DNA from: Verrucomicrobiales bacterium
GTDB taxonomy: Bacteria > Verrucomicrobiota > Verrucomicrobiia > Verrucomicrobiales > V1-33
Length of the DNA stretch: 64,000 nt
Assembly: GCA_031411295.1 (NCBI GenBank)
Contig: JANOAV010000212.1
Location: forward strand, 42,214 to 106,213
Direction: 5' to 3'
In this document: one piece after another, positions 21,390 through 32,274 of the stretch
Numbering within the stretch: the stretch's first letter is position 1
Layout: every line of letters begins with the position of its first letter
Position numbers and translations under genes: made by a program
The notes under the pieces: model-generated
What the model was told of the DNA's origin: nothing
Database searches by the model: none
Seen by the model: the letters and a program-made list of their open reading frames with translations, nothing else

Positions 21390-21827
21390 CTAGTTGTGCT
21401 GAGTTTGGTTTCGAAGGCGGCCCCGAAGTTCGGAGGCTACGGATGCCACCACGAGGATGGTGATTTGGATCTCCTCGGCAGTGGCGTGGGCCGAAATGCA
21501 CATAGAGAAGATCGCCATTTCCAATTGCCCGCAGGTCGTTAACGCCCAGGACCCTTGCGAGTGCTCAGAATTTTCCCTTAGCAGAGTCCGCATCAGTTGT
21601 GCGCCCCACCAAGGTTCTTCGTTATTCGTCCCTGCGGTATAGACACACCGGAAATCATCCTGCCTGAATCCATGTAATTGCGGTCCAAGCACGACAGGTT
21701 GTGGGCTCGAATTCTCAATATTGATAATCACGGCGTGGCTACCGTCATCAAGGATTTCGTATTCGAAGCCGGCTAGGTCTAGGGCTTGCGTAACTCTGGT
21801 GTCTGACTGGAAGGACCTTATGTTCAT
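21390..21827 (-). CDS. Hypothetical protein, possible YbjN/CesT-like fold
   Basis: Acidic ~145 aa with LLRENS...GSWAL and a C-terminal amphipathic helix. Confidence 0.5.
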   Translation of the reverse strand: MNIRSFQSDTRVTQALDLAGFEYEILDDGSHAVIINIENSSPQPVVLGPQLHGFRQDDFRCVYTAGTNNEEPWWGAQLMRTLLRENSEHSQGSWALTTCGQLEMAIFSMCISAHATAEEIQITILVVASVASELRGRLRNQTQHN

Positions 21828-22319
21828 GATAACTAGTTGGTGATGGGTTGTTTGAAATATCTGTAAGTCATTCACAATAAGCGAGTTATGAGATTTGTCA
21901 ATCACTGGATTAAAATATCATTAAAATTATTTTTTGGAGCACGAGGAACTGAATTGGGATTTTAAGTCGGTGGGGCGGAACAGTCTCTCTCTGTAGTCCC
22001 CAAAAGGCACCTCTCCTCGACCGTGATTGGTTTTAGATTTTATTTTAGATTTTACTTAAAAGTTAAAAGTAAAAGTCCAAACCCCAGTTAGGTCAGATGC
22101 ATTGCCACACCGACGCCTTGCGTTACTGCTCTCAATGAAGTTTCCCCGATGACAGACAACACGGGTGACAACTCTTGGAGAATCGTGTTCTATTCCAGTG
22201 CGAATGCAGCCGCATAAGAACCCAAAAATCTCAAAACCCAGAGTTTCCCGCTGGGCTGCCCACATGGAAGCCAAGGTTCGGGAGCCACTACGCGGTGGGA
22301 GCAGGATTCCCCTTCCCCT

Positions 22320-23168
22320 TCAGGGCCGTTTATCCTCTTGGAAACGGAATGGCACGGCCCCCGTAATGGCCGTGCTGGTGATGCTGGGGCACCAGTGGCG
22401 TTCCACGTGGCCGATGATCAAGTCGTGCCCGGTAAAGTGATCCACGCCGGGCGGCCGTTCCGGATTATACATGGAATCCGTCATGTCCCGCATGAACACC
22501 ACGCTCTTTCCCAGATACGTCTGCTGGCGGATGCCAAATGGGCGGCCCAAGACACACATATTGAGGTGGACGCCGCACAGGATCACATTATCGATGCCGC
22601 GAGCGGCCAGCAGATTCCACGTTTCCTGGCCATTGTCCGTGAGGGCATCCGCCTCCTTGAGTTCGATGAGCCGGTGCTGGCGTTTCCACGGTGGGACGAT
22701 CTCACATTTGGTCCCGCTGCAGGAGCATCCCATGTCGCTGTCGTCCACGGGCAATACGGCCTCGTGTTTGGGGTCCGTCCAGCACCAGGCGGTGCCCCAG
22801 CGCGGGGCGGTGGCAAGGGGAACGGGGGTTTTGACGAAGGGGGCGGCTTGGGCGAGTTTCCGCTGCGGGGTGCCGGCGTAGAAATCTGTCACGCTGCTGG
22901 GGGCATGAATGACGAAAATCCCCTTTTCCCGGGCGGTTTTCAGCATCGCATTCATGGGGCCGGCCAACTCGGTGACGCGGCGGGCCGCACTTTTGCACCA
23001 GTGGTCATCCCACATATCGCACACGATGATGGCAGTTTTCCCGGCTTCCCAAGTGGCGGATTTTTCGGAGATCTTCCCTTCGACTTTGTCACGGGAGCGC
23101 AGCGTGAGGGAGAGTGGCCCGGCGAGCAGACTGGTGGTCATGGTAAAAAGAAGGATCAGGATTCGCAT
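22320..23168 (-). CDS. Secreted isochorismatase/cysteine hydrolase family protein
   Basis: Signal peptide; TAIIVCDMWDDHWC; ILCGVHLNMCVLGRPFGIR. Confidence 0.82.
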   Translation of the reverse strand: MRILILLFTMTTSLLAGPLSLTLRSRDKVEGKISEKSATWEAGKTAIIVCDMWDDHWCKSAARRVTELAGPMNAMLKTAREKGIFVIHAPSSVTDFYAGTPQRKLAQAAPFVKTPVPLATAPRWGTAWCWTDPKHEAVLPVDDSDMGCSCSGTKCEIVPPWKRQHRLIELKEADALTDNGQETWNLLAARGIDNVILCGVHLNMCVLGRPFGIRQQTYLGKSVVFMRDMTDSMYNPERPPGVDHFTGHDLIIGHVERHWCPSITSTAITGAVPFRFQEDKRP

Positions 23169-23280
23169 GCGGACTTCATAGCGGGGAAAACGGCGGGGAA
23201 CAAGGGATCCGGTGAAGTGGGACGTCACAAAAACGCGGGTTGGGGGAGCGGGGCAGGGGAAAACAGAAACATCCTGAAGG

Positions 23281-23573
23281 AGGCTGACTGGCTTGACCCG
23301 CATGGAATTCGACGGGGAACTTGGAGCCCGGGACATCCCCATGCATTACGGTGTCGAGGAGTTGAAAGAGGGTTTGGCCTATGGTAGTCATCAGTGATAC
23401 CACGCCATTATCCGCCATGGCAAAGCTGGGCTGGTTGGAGTGGCTAAGGGAACGGTGGAAGGTGGTGATGGTGCCGCAGGAAGTTTGGGATGAATTGGAA
23501 AAAATAGGTGACGAGACGGCATGGAACGTCTGCTCTCAGCCCGAAGCGCAAATTGGCTGCGAGTAACCGTGGC
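23281..23573 (+). pseudogene. Fragment of a UPF0175/DUF3368 TA pair, diverged copy of 26132-26425
   Basis: Aligns with 26132-26425; truncated at both ends; 1-bp deletion (ATGGAACGTC vs ATGGAACCGTC) shifts the frame. Confidence 0.85.
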
Positions 23574-24072
23574 GGAGAGACGGAGGCGTCCAATGACAAT
23601 GAGATTCCATTTCCTGCGAGCGTGCCAAAGAATCAATGCTGCAATTGGCGGTCTTGGAGGGATGCCAGTATGGCCCCTGAGCAAGCACGCTTGGCGCGGG
23701 CGTGCGCCACGGGCATTCCTTCAGGAATGCGTTACGGCCATCAATGAAACCCGGGGTATCGTTCGTCCCGCGCCCAAGCCGCGCTCGTCTCTGCGTCCCC
23801 GGCCGGGGACTTCGAAGGTATTTCCAGGGCTGAGCTTCATCAGACCAAAGCAGCGCACTGGGACCGCTGCAGAATGGGGCCTCTGGGGTCTCCGTTGGTT
23901 CTTTGGCAGTTGCGCCTGACTCTGGTCGCTACCGCGCAGATCTTCAACAAGTGACAGCATTGGTATATTATGAAATGTGTCGTTTGAGAAACACACCGCT
24001 GCACACTTTGGTGAATTTTGGGACATCGTGAAAAAATAATTGGCAAGTGACACGATTGGTATATTATGGAAT

Positions 24073-25518
24073 ATGTTACTTACATCCGATCCCCCATCCA
24101 TCGTCGAACCCTTCATCAATCGACAAGCGGATTTGAAAATCCTCGACGAGATTCATGCGCGGCGGGGAGCGCAATTCTTGGTGGTCTATGGGCGACGGCG
24201 GATTGGTAAGACCGCGCTGCTGAACCACTGGTTGCGGGGTCGAGCCAAGAAGCTGCAACGACGGGGGTTCTACTGGGTATCGCATCGGGCCACCGCAGAG
24301 ATTCTGCTGGCCAGTTTTTCTGAGGCGTTGGCCTCCTGCCTGGGTCAAGCGATATCCGGTCGCATCCGCTTTGGCTCATGGGAAGAAGCCTTCCAACAAA
24401 TGTTCGCCCTGGCCAAAAAGGAATCGCTCACGGTCATCATTGATGAATTCCCCTACTTGGTGGAATGCGTTCCGGGGATTGCCTCGTTACTGCAGAAATT
24501 GTGGGATGCGGGCAAAGCCGGATCCCAGTTGCGGCTGATCCTGTGCGGCTCCCAGTATCAAATGATGCATGCGTAGTTCTTCACCCCCAAGCAACCGCTC
24601 TACGGACGAGCGACGGCATCGCTGTTAGTGGAGGAGATTCCACCACAGAACCTGCGCGAGTTCCTGCCACGCTACAGCGAGGTGCAGACGGTCGAGACCT
24701 TTAGCGTCATCGGTGGTGTCCCCAAATATCTGGAACTCTGGAATGACCGCGCACCGGTGTTAGACAACATTCGAGACCTCTTGCTTTCACCTGCGTCCGT
24801 TTTTCGGCATGAGGCATTATTTCTTATCCACGACGAAATTGCGGAACCGCGCACCTGCCTGGGCGTGCTGGAGGCCATTGGCGGCGGATTGCGCACGCCG
24901 GTGCAAATCAGCAAAGTGACCGGCCTGCCGATCACGCATGTGGGAAAATACCTCCATCAGTTACTGGCCCTCAAAATGGTGCGGCGGGTGCAGTCGGTCG
25001 AAGCCCCGGATCCTACACAGACCCGGCTGAGCCGCTATGAAATCACGGATCCCTTCCTGCGCTTCCACTTCGAGTTCATGCATCCGCATCCCGACTTGAT
25101 CGAAACCAAGCGCATTGGCCGACTCATGGAAATCATTACTTCCCGGTTCGAAGCTTACGTTGGCAAGTCCGGTTATGAAGAACTGGCCCGGCGTTATCTT
25201 ACGGGCTTGGGAGATACTGGTAAACTGTCCTTTACTCCACGCATGGTTGGCCGGGCGTGGTGCACGGGAGCAGAGGTTGATGTTTTCGCCACCGATCCCA
25301 AGTCGCAGAGCGCCCTGCTAGGAGAATGCAAATGGACGACCCGCAAGGTAGATGTGGACGTGCTGGCGTCCTTGGAGGCCAAGGCGGCCGCATTCCCACG
25401 ATTAGCGCGCTGGAAAAAGCATTTCGCAATTTTCAGCCGCAGTGGATTCACCGCAGCCCTCAAGCGTGAGGCTGCGCAGCGTCAAGTTATGCTGATGGAA
25501 GGCACGTTGCTGGAATAA
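24073..25518 (+). pseudogene. AAA/archaeal-type ATPase with C-terminal DUF234-like nuclease-fold domain, interrupted by an in-frame TAG at 24574-24576
   Basis: YGRRRIGKT Walker A, IIDEFPYL Walker B, LILCGS; PLYGR continues in frame after the TAG; EVD...GECKW. Confidence 0.85.
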
Positions 25519-25571
25519 ACCTTCACCTGCGCCTATTCAAAGCCAAGCTGAGACCTTGAAAGGATCCCCCA

Positions 25572-25850
25572 ATGAAAAACCGTGCGTCTACCGCCGTTGC
25601 GTTGATCGTCTTCCTTTACCTGCTGGGGTATTTGGTCCCAAGCTTTGCCATCCGTTCGTGGCATAGGCCTGGCCCCTTGGTGGTTTATGGAATGGGCTTT
25701 CGTGGTGCCAGCGCACCTGTGTTTCCGGCACCACAGTTTGCTATTTGGTATGACAAAGCCTATCACCCCCTGCAAATGCTGGACCGCATGCTGACCGATC
25801 AATGGTGCTCTCCGAATCGGTTCGACACGGTGAATGATTACCGTTTCTAG
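25572..25850 (+). CDS. Small membrane-anchored hypothetical protein
   Basis: N-terminal TM segment; the diverged second copy at 32660 differs partly by synonymous changes. Confidence 0.65.
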   Translation: MKNRASTAVALIVFLYLLGYLVPSFAIRSWHRPGPLVVYGMGFRGASAPVFPAPQFAIWYDKAYHPLQMLDRMLTDQWCSPNRFDTVNDYRF

Positions 25851-25999
25851 CCAGCATCCAGTGGTTTGCTTAACGAATCCCCATGGGGCTTAAGTGGGGT
25901 CGGATCGACGGCTGCAACTTTTCGACTGGAAGCAGATCTTGGTTGGCTCAAAATTGCGTGTTACTGGAAGCGACGGACGCGGTAGAATTCAAGATGATC

Positions 26000-26248
26000 A
26001 TGGACTTGGAAATACCGGATGATTTAGCGGAATCTTTTCCGACTGAAGTAAATGCCAGACAACGCAGGGTGTTGCTGGAATTGGCGTGTGGAATGTATGC
26101 GGCCCACAAGTTGACGCTGGCCCAAGGAGCCAGGCTGGCTGGCTTGACCCGTATGGAATTCGATGGGGAACTTGGAGTCCGGGACATCCCAATGCATTAT
26201 GGTGTCGAGGAGTGGAAGGAGGATTTGGCCGATGGTAGTCGTCAGTGA
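26000..26248 (+). CDS. UPF0175 family protein (antitoxin-like)
   Basis: LELACGMY...LTLAQGARLAGLTRMEF..EL..RDIP.HY. Confidence 0.85.
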   Translation: MDLEIPDDLAESFPTEVNARQRRVLLELACGMYAAHKLTLAQGARLAGLTRMEFDGELGVRDIPMHYGVEEWKEDLADGSRQ

Positions 26249-26669
26249 CACCTCGCCATTATCCGCCATGGCAAAGCTGGGCTGGTTGGACTGGCTAAGG
26301 GAACGATGGAAGGTGGTGATGATGCCACAGGAAGTATGGGATGAACTGGAAAAAATAGGTGACGAGGTGGCATGGAACCGTCTGCTCTCAGCCCGAAGCG
26401 CAAATTGGCTGCGAGTAGCAGTGGCACCTAACTCTGACCGCACGCCCCCGGAACTATCAAAATTAGACCCTGGGGAAATTGCAGCAATCTTATTGGCGTT
26501 AGGTTTGGGCGCGGAGCGCATGGGTGCCACTGCTGGGGAAATTGCATCGCAACGGCGGCGGGACGCACGCCGCTCCCAGTGGGTTGTATCGCCACGCTTT
26601 TACGACTGCTCGCTGATTTTCAAAGTCTTTACTCACTGGGGTCAGTTGGATCAGTTCATTTTATTGTGA
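26232..26669 (+). pseudogene. DUF3368 PIN-like protein, probably C-terminally truncated
   Basis: VVSDTSPL, PQEVWDEL, LDPGEIAAILLA; the expected LIDE/GTLG segment is absent after LGAE. Confidence 0.65.
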
Positions 26670-26786
26670 CTCGATTAAATTGTTCCTAATCAGCGTAACG
26701 CTTGGCTCGGGATGGCGCAGATGATGGTGAGACAAATTTTATTACACCCGTTCATTGCCCGCCGTGAAATCATCCTTTTCGTTTTT

Positions 26787-27341
26787 ATGAGTAATTCAAT
26801 CCCACCGAGTCCGCCTCCGCCACCCATCCCTGTAGGATTCAGCGCCAGCACGTGGTGGCGACAGGGCACCGCTTGCAAGGTCCTGGTGGTTTGTGTTGGG
26901 CTGATCCTGCTCATGCTGTTCCAACCATGGGATTTCGGAGTGGCGGGTTCCTATACCACGGAGCCGGGCATCGGCAGCCGGACGTATGAAGTCTGGAGTG
27001 TGCAAGCCAGTGGAACGGCCAACGCTTTCGCGCAGCACGAAGGATGGATTCCACTGATCTGCCTCGCATTGATCCTTTATTTTTGCGGCCAGGTGCGACG
27101 CGATCTGGGCGGTCGGGTCTGGATTCCATTTTGGGCTGCCCTAGTGCTCCTGCTCTGCGCCATGGATGCCTTCCGCACGCAAAGCCATCAGGTGGACGCC
27201 TGGCTTGCGGGCTTTGACATCAATCATCGACCGCAGGCGCAAATTCCTGCCGCCATTTATTGGACCAATATTTTCGGCCTGATCATGGCCGTTGCGGGCT
27301 GGCGGTTCGCCAAATCAGCAGCCATTACGACGTCACCATGA
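26787..27341 (+). CDS. Four-TM hypothetical membrane protein
   Basis: Pro-rich N-terminus and four hydrophobic segments; stop overlaps the next ATG. Confidence 0.7.
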   Translation: MSNSIPPSPPPPPIPVGFSASTWWRQGTACKVLVVCVGLILLMLFQPWDFGVAGSYTTEPGIGSRTYEVWSVQASGTANAFAQHEGWIPLICLALILYFCGQVRRDLGGRVWIPFWAALVLLLCAMDAFRTQSHQVDAWLAGFDINHRPQAQIPAAIYWTNIFGLIMAVAGWRFAKSAAITTSP

Positions 27342-27997
27342 ATCCAATTTCTGTAAAATATGCCGTGCCCAATCGGCAGGTCTGGATGCTGCTCGGAACT
27401 GCCATGCTGTTCGTGTGCGGAGTCGTTTTCGCAGCGCTGACGGATCCTCCGCTCTGGGGCATAGCCTTGGGCGCGGGTTGCTTGGGGGGATGCATTTGGC
27501 TCGCCATCCGCCATATCTACGGGCGCGGGGAACTCAGTTTTACGGACCAAGGATTGCAAATCATTTCCCAGCGCCCGGCACTCTGTGCTAGCAATGGTCC
27601 GTTGCAAATTGCGTGGGTGGACTGTTTAAACCTGCAATCTGGCCGGGACGATGCCACCCAACCCGATCCTTATGTGATGATAAAAACCCGGTCACCCAAG
27701 CGCACGTGGATTCTGATTCCCTTGTCCCCGGACCATGCGGACCTCGGGCAGGAAATCCAGCGTTTGGCCAATGCGCATCGCGTTGCGATGGCGGAACCAC
27801 CGCTCGAACTCATTGATGCCATGTCCTCCATCGGTTGGAAAATTGTCACGGTAGCCGCGCTGGTGGTTGGTCTGCTCTGCCTCGTTGGGCTCATTGCCAC
27901 GGGCCAATCTTCAGATCTCAGCCTGTGGGGTGCTACGGTGACACTAAACGGACTTGCCATCAGCCTCTGGCCCCGGGTATTTCAGAAAGCGAAATAA
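27338..27997 (+). CDS. Hypothetical membrane protein (TM pairs flanking a soluble, possibly PH-like domain)
   Basis: ATGA coupling; hydrophobicity pattern. Confidence 0.7.
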   Translation: MNPISVKYAVPNRQVWMLLGTAMLFVCGVVFAALTDPPLWGIALGAGCLGGCIWLAIRHIYGRGELSFTDQGLQIISQRPALCASNGPLQIAWVDCLNLQSGRDDATQPDPYVMIKTRSPKRTWILIPLSPDHADLGQEIQRLANAHRVAMAEPPLELIDAMSSIGWKIVTVAALVVGLLCLVGLIATGQSSDLSLWGATVTLNGLAISLWPRVFQKAK

Positions 27998-28031
27998 CCC
28001 CTGAACCACCATTGCCTAATCACGAAACATC

Positions 28032-28394
28032 ATGCCACGACACGCGCGCATTACCATTGCTGTGAAAGGCTGGACTGGTTGGTCTGTCGAACAACCGGCC
28101 ACGAAATCCGTCGAACTAACCGTGTCGGCCGGACAGGCGCTGACGCCTGCCACGGTCGGCATTGAAAGCTTTCCCTACACCTTGTTCGTCGAATCCGTGG
28201 GGGCGCAGCACATCATGGTGACTTATGGCCGCATGGTCATGATGAACCACGACGGAACGATCAATCTGAGCGCCCCGACCCGGGGGCGGTGCCTCATCAA
28301 GGTCGGGTGTTGCCTGAAACTTGCGTCCCCGACGATGGACGCGGGAACCACGATTTCGGTCACGCTAAGTGCCGTTGAGGAAACCATGCTTTGA
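28032..28394 (+). CDS. Hypothetical beta-rich protein
   Basis: 120-aa ORF co-oriented with its neighbours. Confidence 0.55.
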   Translation: MPRHARITIAVKGWTGWSVEQPATKSVELTVSAGQALTPATVGIESFPYTLFVESVGAQHIMVTYGRMVMMNHDGTINLSAPTRGRCLIKVGCCLKLASPTMDAGTTISVTLSAVEETML

Positions 28395-28519
28395 AATTTG
28401 CAATGACGGAAACTTTTTTAGTGTCGGCCCGTAACGCACAGCAAAATAAAGCGCAGAAGGAAAGGTAACCCAGAATTTTTCCGACCTCTGGACCTGCTCA
28501 ACATCCAACCAAATGACTT

Positions 28520-31500
28520 ATGAAACGCCGTCTTCCATTGCTACTCCCCATCGGTATTGCTCTGCTGGCGATTATTAGCGCGACTCAATTTGCCACCGGC
28601 CCCGTGGCGGATGCGCCCAAACGGTCAGCGACAACATCGCGCTTAATGCCCGTTGCGGAAATTGCTCCAGCGCTGCCCAGAACTTCGTCTCGGCCGCAAT
28701 TTCCAGCGGAGTTCCCGACTAATCTCCGGGCGATGGAGGCCGGCACGTCGTGGTCGATCAAGCTGCCGAATGGTAGGGAGATGCAAGCTCAGGTGAATTT
28801 AGGGGAAGAGGACAATAACCGCTGGTTAGTGGCAGGTGGCTTGGGAACAGAAGGCACGTTCAGCTTGGCGCAGGCGAACGAGGGGAAAGCGCTCAGTGGC
28901 TGGTTCATTCACTACGGGGAGCCTGATGCCTGGGTGGTGACGTCCGATGAGGCAGGAAATCCGGCGTGGAGTCAACAGCCGGTTTCCTCCATCGTTTGTC
29001 TGCCGCCGGGGACCAATGCCATGCTGGCTCCGGCTGGTGGCACTGTAGGCGGGGTGCCATTCACGCCGGACATCCCCAATAAATCCAGTCGGCCTGGCAG
29101 CAGTTCCGTGCTGTTTCTCGATTTCCGCGGCGGCAGCATTGCCATTGGGGGGTGGAACAATGGGACCACTATCAATTACAGTGCCCCCTGTTTCGACCGC
29201 ACCATGCTGGATAAAATCATTACCCGAGTTACTGAATTCTACGCTCCGTTCAACGTCAACATTACCACGGATGTGACCACCTATAATAATGCCACGGTGG
29301 GTCGGCGGATGCGCTGCATCGTTGCCCAAAAGGACATCAGCGGCAACGAAATCAATGGAGGTATTGGCGGCGTGGCGCACACGGGAGACTTCCGGGCGGC
29401 GGGCACGGGATCCGTGCCCTCTAACGCGGTCTGCTGGGCGTTTGCCAACCCGCCTGCCTCCACACCGGATATAATCGTCGTTGAGCGCCTGGGCGATTCC
29501 ATTGCTCATGAATTAGGGCACACGCTGGGCTTGCTGCATTGGAGCACTAGTGCTTATCCGGGCGGCCCCGGAGAGTATTATCCTGCGCAGGGTTTGCAGC
29601 TTCATGGCCCACGCAGCCCCGATGGGTGGGCTCCACTGATGGGAGATTTCAATTATGCGAGTCTGATCCAGTGGGCCAAGGGGGAATACTCTGGCGCAGA
29701 AAACCGCGGACTAACAACGAAGCAGGATGACTTGGCTGTGATCTCAAATTCCCTCGGAGCAGGCAGTTCAGCTTATCTGACCGACGACAAAGGTAATGAC
29801 CGCGCGTCCGCCACCACTCTGCATGTTAGCGGAGTGGCACCTGACGACAGCGGAGTGATCGGATCCTCAACAGATGATGACTATTTCAAAATTACAACCA
29901 TCGCCACTGGAGACATCTCATTGGAGATCACTGCGCTGCTCAGTGATGGCCCACTGGATTTATATGCCGAACTGCAAAATGCTTCAGGTGCAGTGCTGGC
30001 CTCGAATGCCAAGGCCGATTCCCGTAGTGCCGCTGTCGGGGCGACGGGGCTGGCGGCAGGAACTTATTATCTGCTAGTGCGCGGCAATGCGCAGGCCAAT
30101 CCAGCGACTGATGGGTGGTCGCGCTATGGGAGCGTGGGAACCTATAAAATTACCGGCACCATTAGCGGGGCGCCCAACCCGGCCCGCATCACGGCCAATG
30201 ATCCCCCGCCAGACGGGGCGGTGGGGGTCGCGTATAATTTTCCGCTGCTGAGCACGTTTGCTCCCACCTCCTACTATTCCACAAGTGGAGTCTTGCCGCC
30301 TGGCTTGGGGATTAGCGGAGACGCAATCGCTGGCATTCCGACGCAGGCCGGAGTTTACAGCATCAATCTGGCCGTGGCCAATGCGGCTGGTGGCACAGCC
30401 AAAACCTTCACCTTCACCATCTACGGCAGCGTGAGTCTGCCGGACGCGTTGGACGCCTTTCCGCAAAGTTGGACCTCTACCTCGCCCCCATCCAGCGCCC
30501 CGGCCACGCTCTGGCAAGGCCAGCGCATTTTTTCCCACGACGGAACAGATGCGGCCCGCAGTGGAGCCATTGGGGCGAACACAGATTCAATTTTAAGCAC
30601 TGATCTCACAGGCCCAGGGCTACTGACCTTCTGGTGGAAGACTAGTTCTGACAGTTCAGGTCAGGGGGATCGACTTATTTTAAAAATTGATGCCACGGAG
30701 CAGCTGAACCCCATCAGCGGGATTAACAACTGGACGCAGAAATCCGTCACGATTGCGCAGGGCACGCATACGGTGAGTTGGATCTATCGCAAGGATGCCG
30801 GCACCACTGCCGGGGAAGATGCCGGCTTTGTGGACCAAGTGAGCTACACCCAAGTGCCGCAGTATCCGGCGGGAAATTTCTACGCCGCAGGCATCATCGG
30901 CAAGCCTTTTTCCTGGCCGATCCAAGCCACCGGCAGTCCCACATCGTGGTCCCTAACAGGTGGCGCATTGCCGCCAAATGTGAACCTGACCGTAAACGCC
31001 AGCACCGGAGTGCTTTCCGGCACGCCCACAGCCACAGGGGCATACGATCCGCAAATCTCCGCCACTAATGCTGGCGGCACTTCCAGCACGTTTCCCACCG
31101 TTTACATTTACCCAGACATTTCCTTGCCTGTGGCAATGGACAACGGCGGCTTCACATGGCTTACGGGAGGGGCCAATCCTTGGTTTGGGGATACTGCCAC
31201 CACCCACGATGGCACAGATGCCGCCCACTCCGGGCCAGTTAGGCACGGGTTGAATTCCTGGCTCCAAACTACCGTCAGCGGTCCAGGCACCCTTTCATTT
31301 TGGTGGAAGGCCAGCACGGAACTCAATGGTGATCCCCTCACCTTCAGTCTGGACGGCAATGCGCAAAATAGCATCAGTGGTGAAGTGGATTGGATCCAGC
31401 GAACCTATTCCATCGGCGCAGGCACGCACACGCTGCGCTGGGAGTATGCCCGGGACGGTGGTGGCAACGGGGGGCAAAACATGGGATGGGTGGATCAGGT

Positions 31501-32203
31501 TAGCTGGATCACTCCCGGCCCTACAATCACCAGTCCATTAACTGTAAATTGGACCTGCGGTCAGCAAGCTGGAGTGCCTCTGACGGCGGATGATCCCAAT
31601 GTGGTTTGGACCATGAGCGGCAGCCTGCCGCAAGGGGTCTTTTTCCTGGGAAATCCCACGAACTACATTGGCGCAGTGCCGTTTCGGCCAGGCACCTTCA
31701 ATTTCACGCTCATGGCCACCAACGCCCAGAGCACCACCACCACCCGCACGTTCACCATGATAGTGGAATCCTCCTACACCGCCTGGGCGCGGGGCAAAGG
31801 ACTGGCCGCGGGCAGCGAACTGCAAGATCCTGACAAAGATGGCATTTCCAATATTGCTGAACTGGCCTTCGCACTGGACCCCTCGGTTCGCAATGCACCC
31901 TACCAACCCATCAGCTATGATCCCGCCACCAAACGACTGAAGGCCTCCTTTAAACGCCGTCATCAATACTATCCGGACTTGATGTATGAAGTCCAAGTCT
32001 CACCTAACATGCAGACATGGACTACCATCGCTCGATCCGATAACGGCAGCACCCCGCAGAACATGGGAGGGGCCCAAAGCATCACAGAAACAGAGGCCGT
32101 GCCCACGGGCCAGTCCGTCTATGATTGCGTTGTTATCGATGGCACGCCTCAGTCTGCCAGCACGCCCCGTCGCTACATGCGCGTGAAAATCACGCAACTC
32201 TGA
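28520..32203 (+). CDS. Secreted multidomain zinc metalloprotease (metzincin, PPC, He_PIG/Ig repeats, duplicated beta-sandwich, C-terminal anchor-like domain)
   Basis: HELGHTLGLLH, Met-turn WAPLMG, repeated HDGTDAAxSG...GPGxLxFWWK...WVDQV, DPDKDGISNIAE. Confidence 0.88.
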   Translation: MKRRLPLLLPIGIALLAIISATQFATGPVADAPKRSATTSRLMPVAEIAPALPRTSSRPQFPAEFPTNLRAMEAGTSWSIKLPNGREMQAQVNLGEEDNNRWLVAGGLGTEGTFSLAQANEGKALSGWFIHYGEPDAWVVTSDEAGNPAWSQQPVSSIVCLPPGTNAMLAPAGGTVGGVPFTPDIPNKSSRPGSSSVLFLDFRGGSIAIGGWNNGTTINYSAPCFDRTMLDKIITRVTEFYAPFNVNITTDVTTYNNATVGRRMRCIVAQKDISGNEINGGIGGVAHTGDFRAAGTGSVPSNAVCWAFANPPASTPDIIVVERLGDSIAHELGHTLGLLHWSTSAYPGGPGEYYPAQGLQLHGPRSPDGWAPLMGDFNYASLIQWAKGEYSGAENRGLTTKQDDLAVISNSLGAGSSAYLTDDKGNDRASATTLHVSGVAPDDSGVIGSSTDDDYFKITTIATGDISLEITALLSDGPLDLYAELQNASGAVLASNAKADSRSAAVGATGLAAGTYYLLVRGNAQANPATDGWSRYGSVGTYKITGTISGAPNPARITANDPPPDGAVGVAYNFPLLSTFAPTSYYSTSGVLPPGLGISGDAIAGIPTQAGVYSINLAVANAAGGTAKTFTFTIYGSVSLPDALDAFPQSWTSTSPPSSAPATLWQGQRIFSHDGTDAARSGAIGANTDSILSTDLTGPGLLTFWWKTSSDSSGQGDRLILKIDATEQLNPISGINNWTQKSVTIAQGTHTVSWIYRKDAGTTAGEDAGFVDQVSYTQVPQYPAGNFYAAGIIGKPFSWPIQATGSPTSWSLTGGALPPNVNLTVNASTGVLSGTPTATGAYDPQISATNAGGTSSTFPTVYIYPDISLPVAMDNGGFTWLTGGANPWFGDTATTHDGTDAAHSGPVRHGLNSWLQTTVSGPGTLSFWWKASTELNGDPLTFSLDGNAQNSISGEVDWIQRTYSIGAGTHTLRWEYARDGGGNGGQNMGWVDQVSWITPGPTITSPLTVNWTCGQQAGVPLTADDPNVVWTMSGSLPQGVFFLGNPTNYIGAVPFRPGTFNFTLMATNAQSTTTTRTFTMIVESSYTAWARGKGLAAGSELQDPDKDGISNIAELAFALDPSVRNAPYQPISYDPATKRLKASFKRRHQYYPDLMYEVQVSPNMQTWTTIARSDNGSTPQNMGGAQSITETEAVPTGQSVYDCVVIDGTPQSASTPRRYMRVKITQL

Positions 32204-32274
32204 GGCGCTAAGCTGCACGCTTCTCGTTACGTTGAGCGTAATAATTACAGAATGATGCTTTTTACCGATCCGTC

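Noticed and set aside
24574..24576. Pyrrolysine or stop-codon reassignment
   Set aside because: No pyl genes, and TAG terminates many intact genes in the window
25500..28400. Integron cassette array
   Set aside because: Small co-oriented genes and a TA pair are suggestive, but I found no convincing paired RYYYAAC/GTTRRRY attC sites and no integrase
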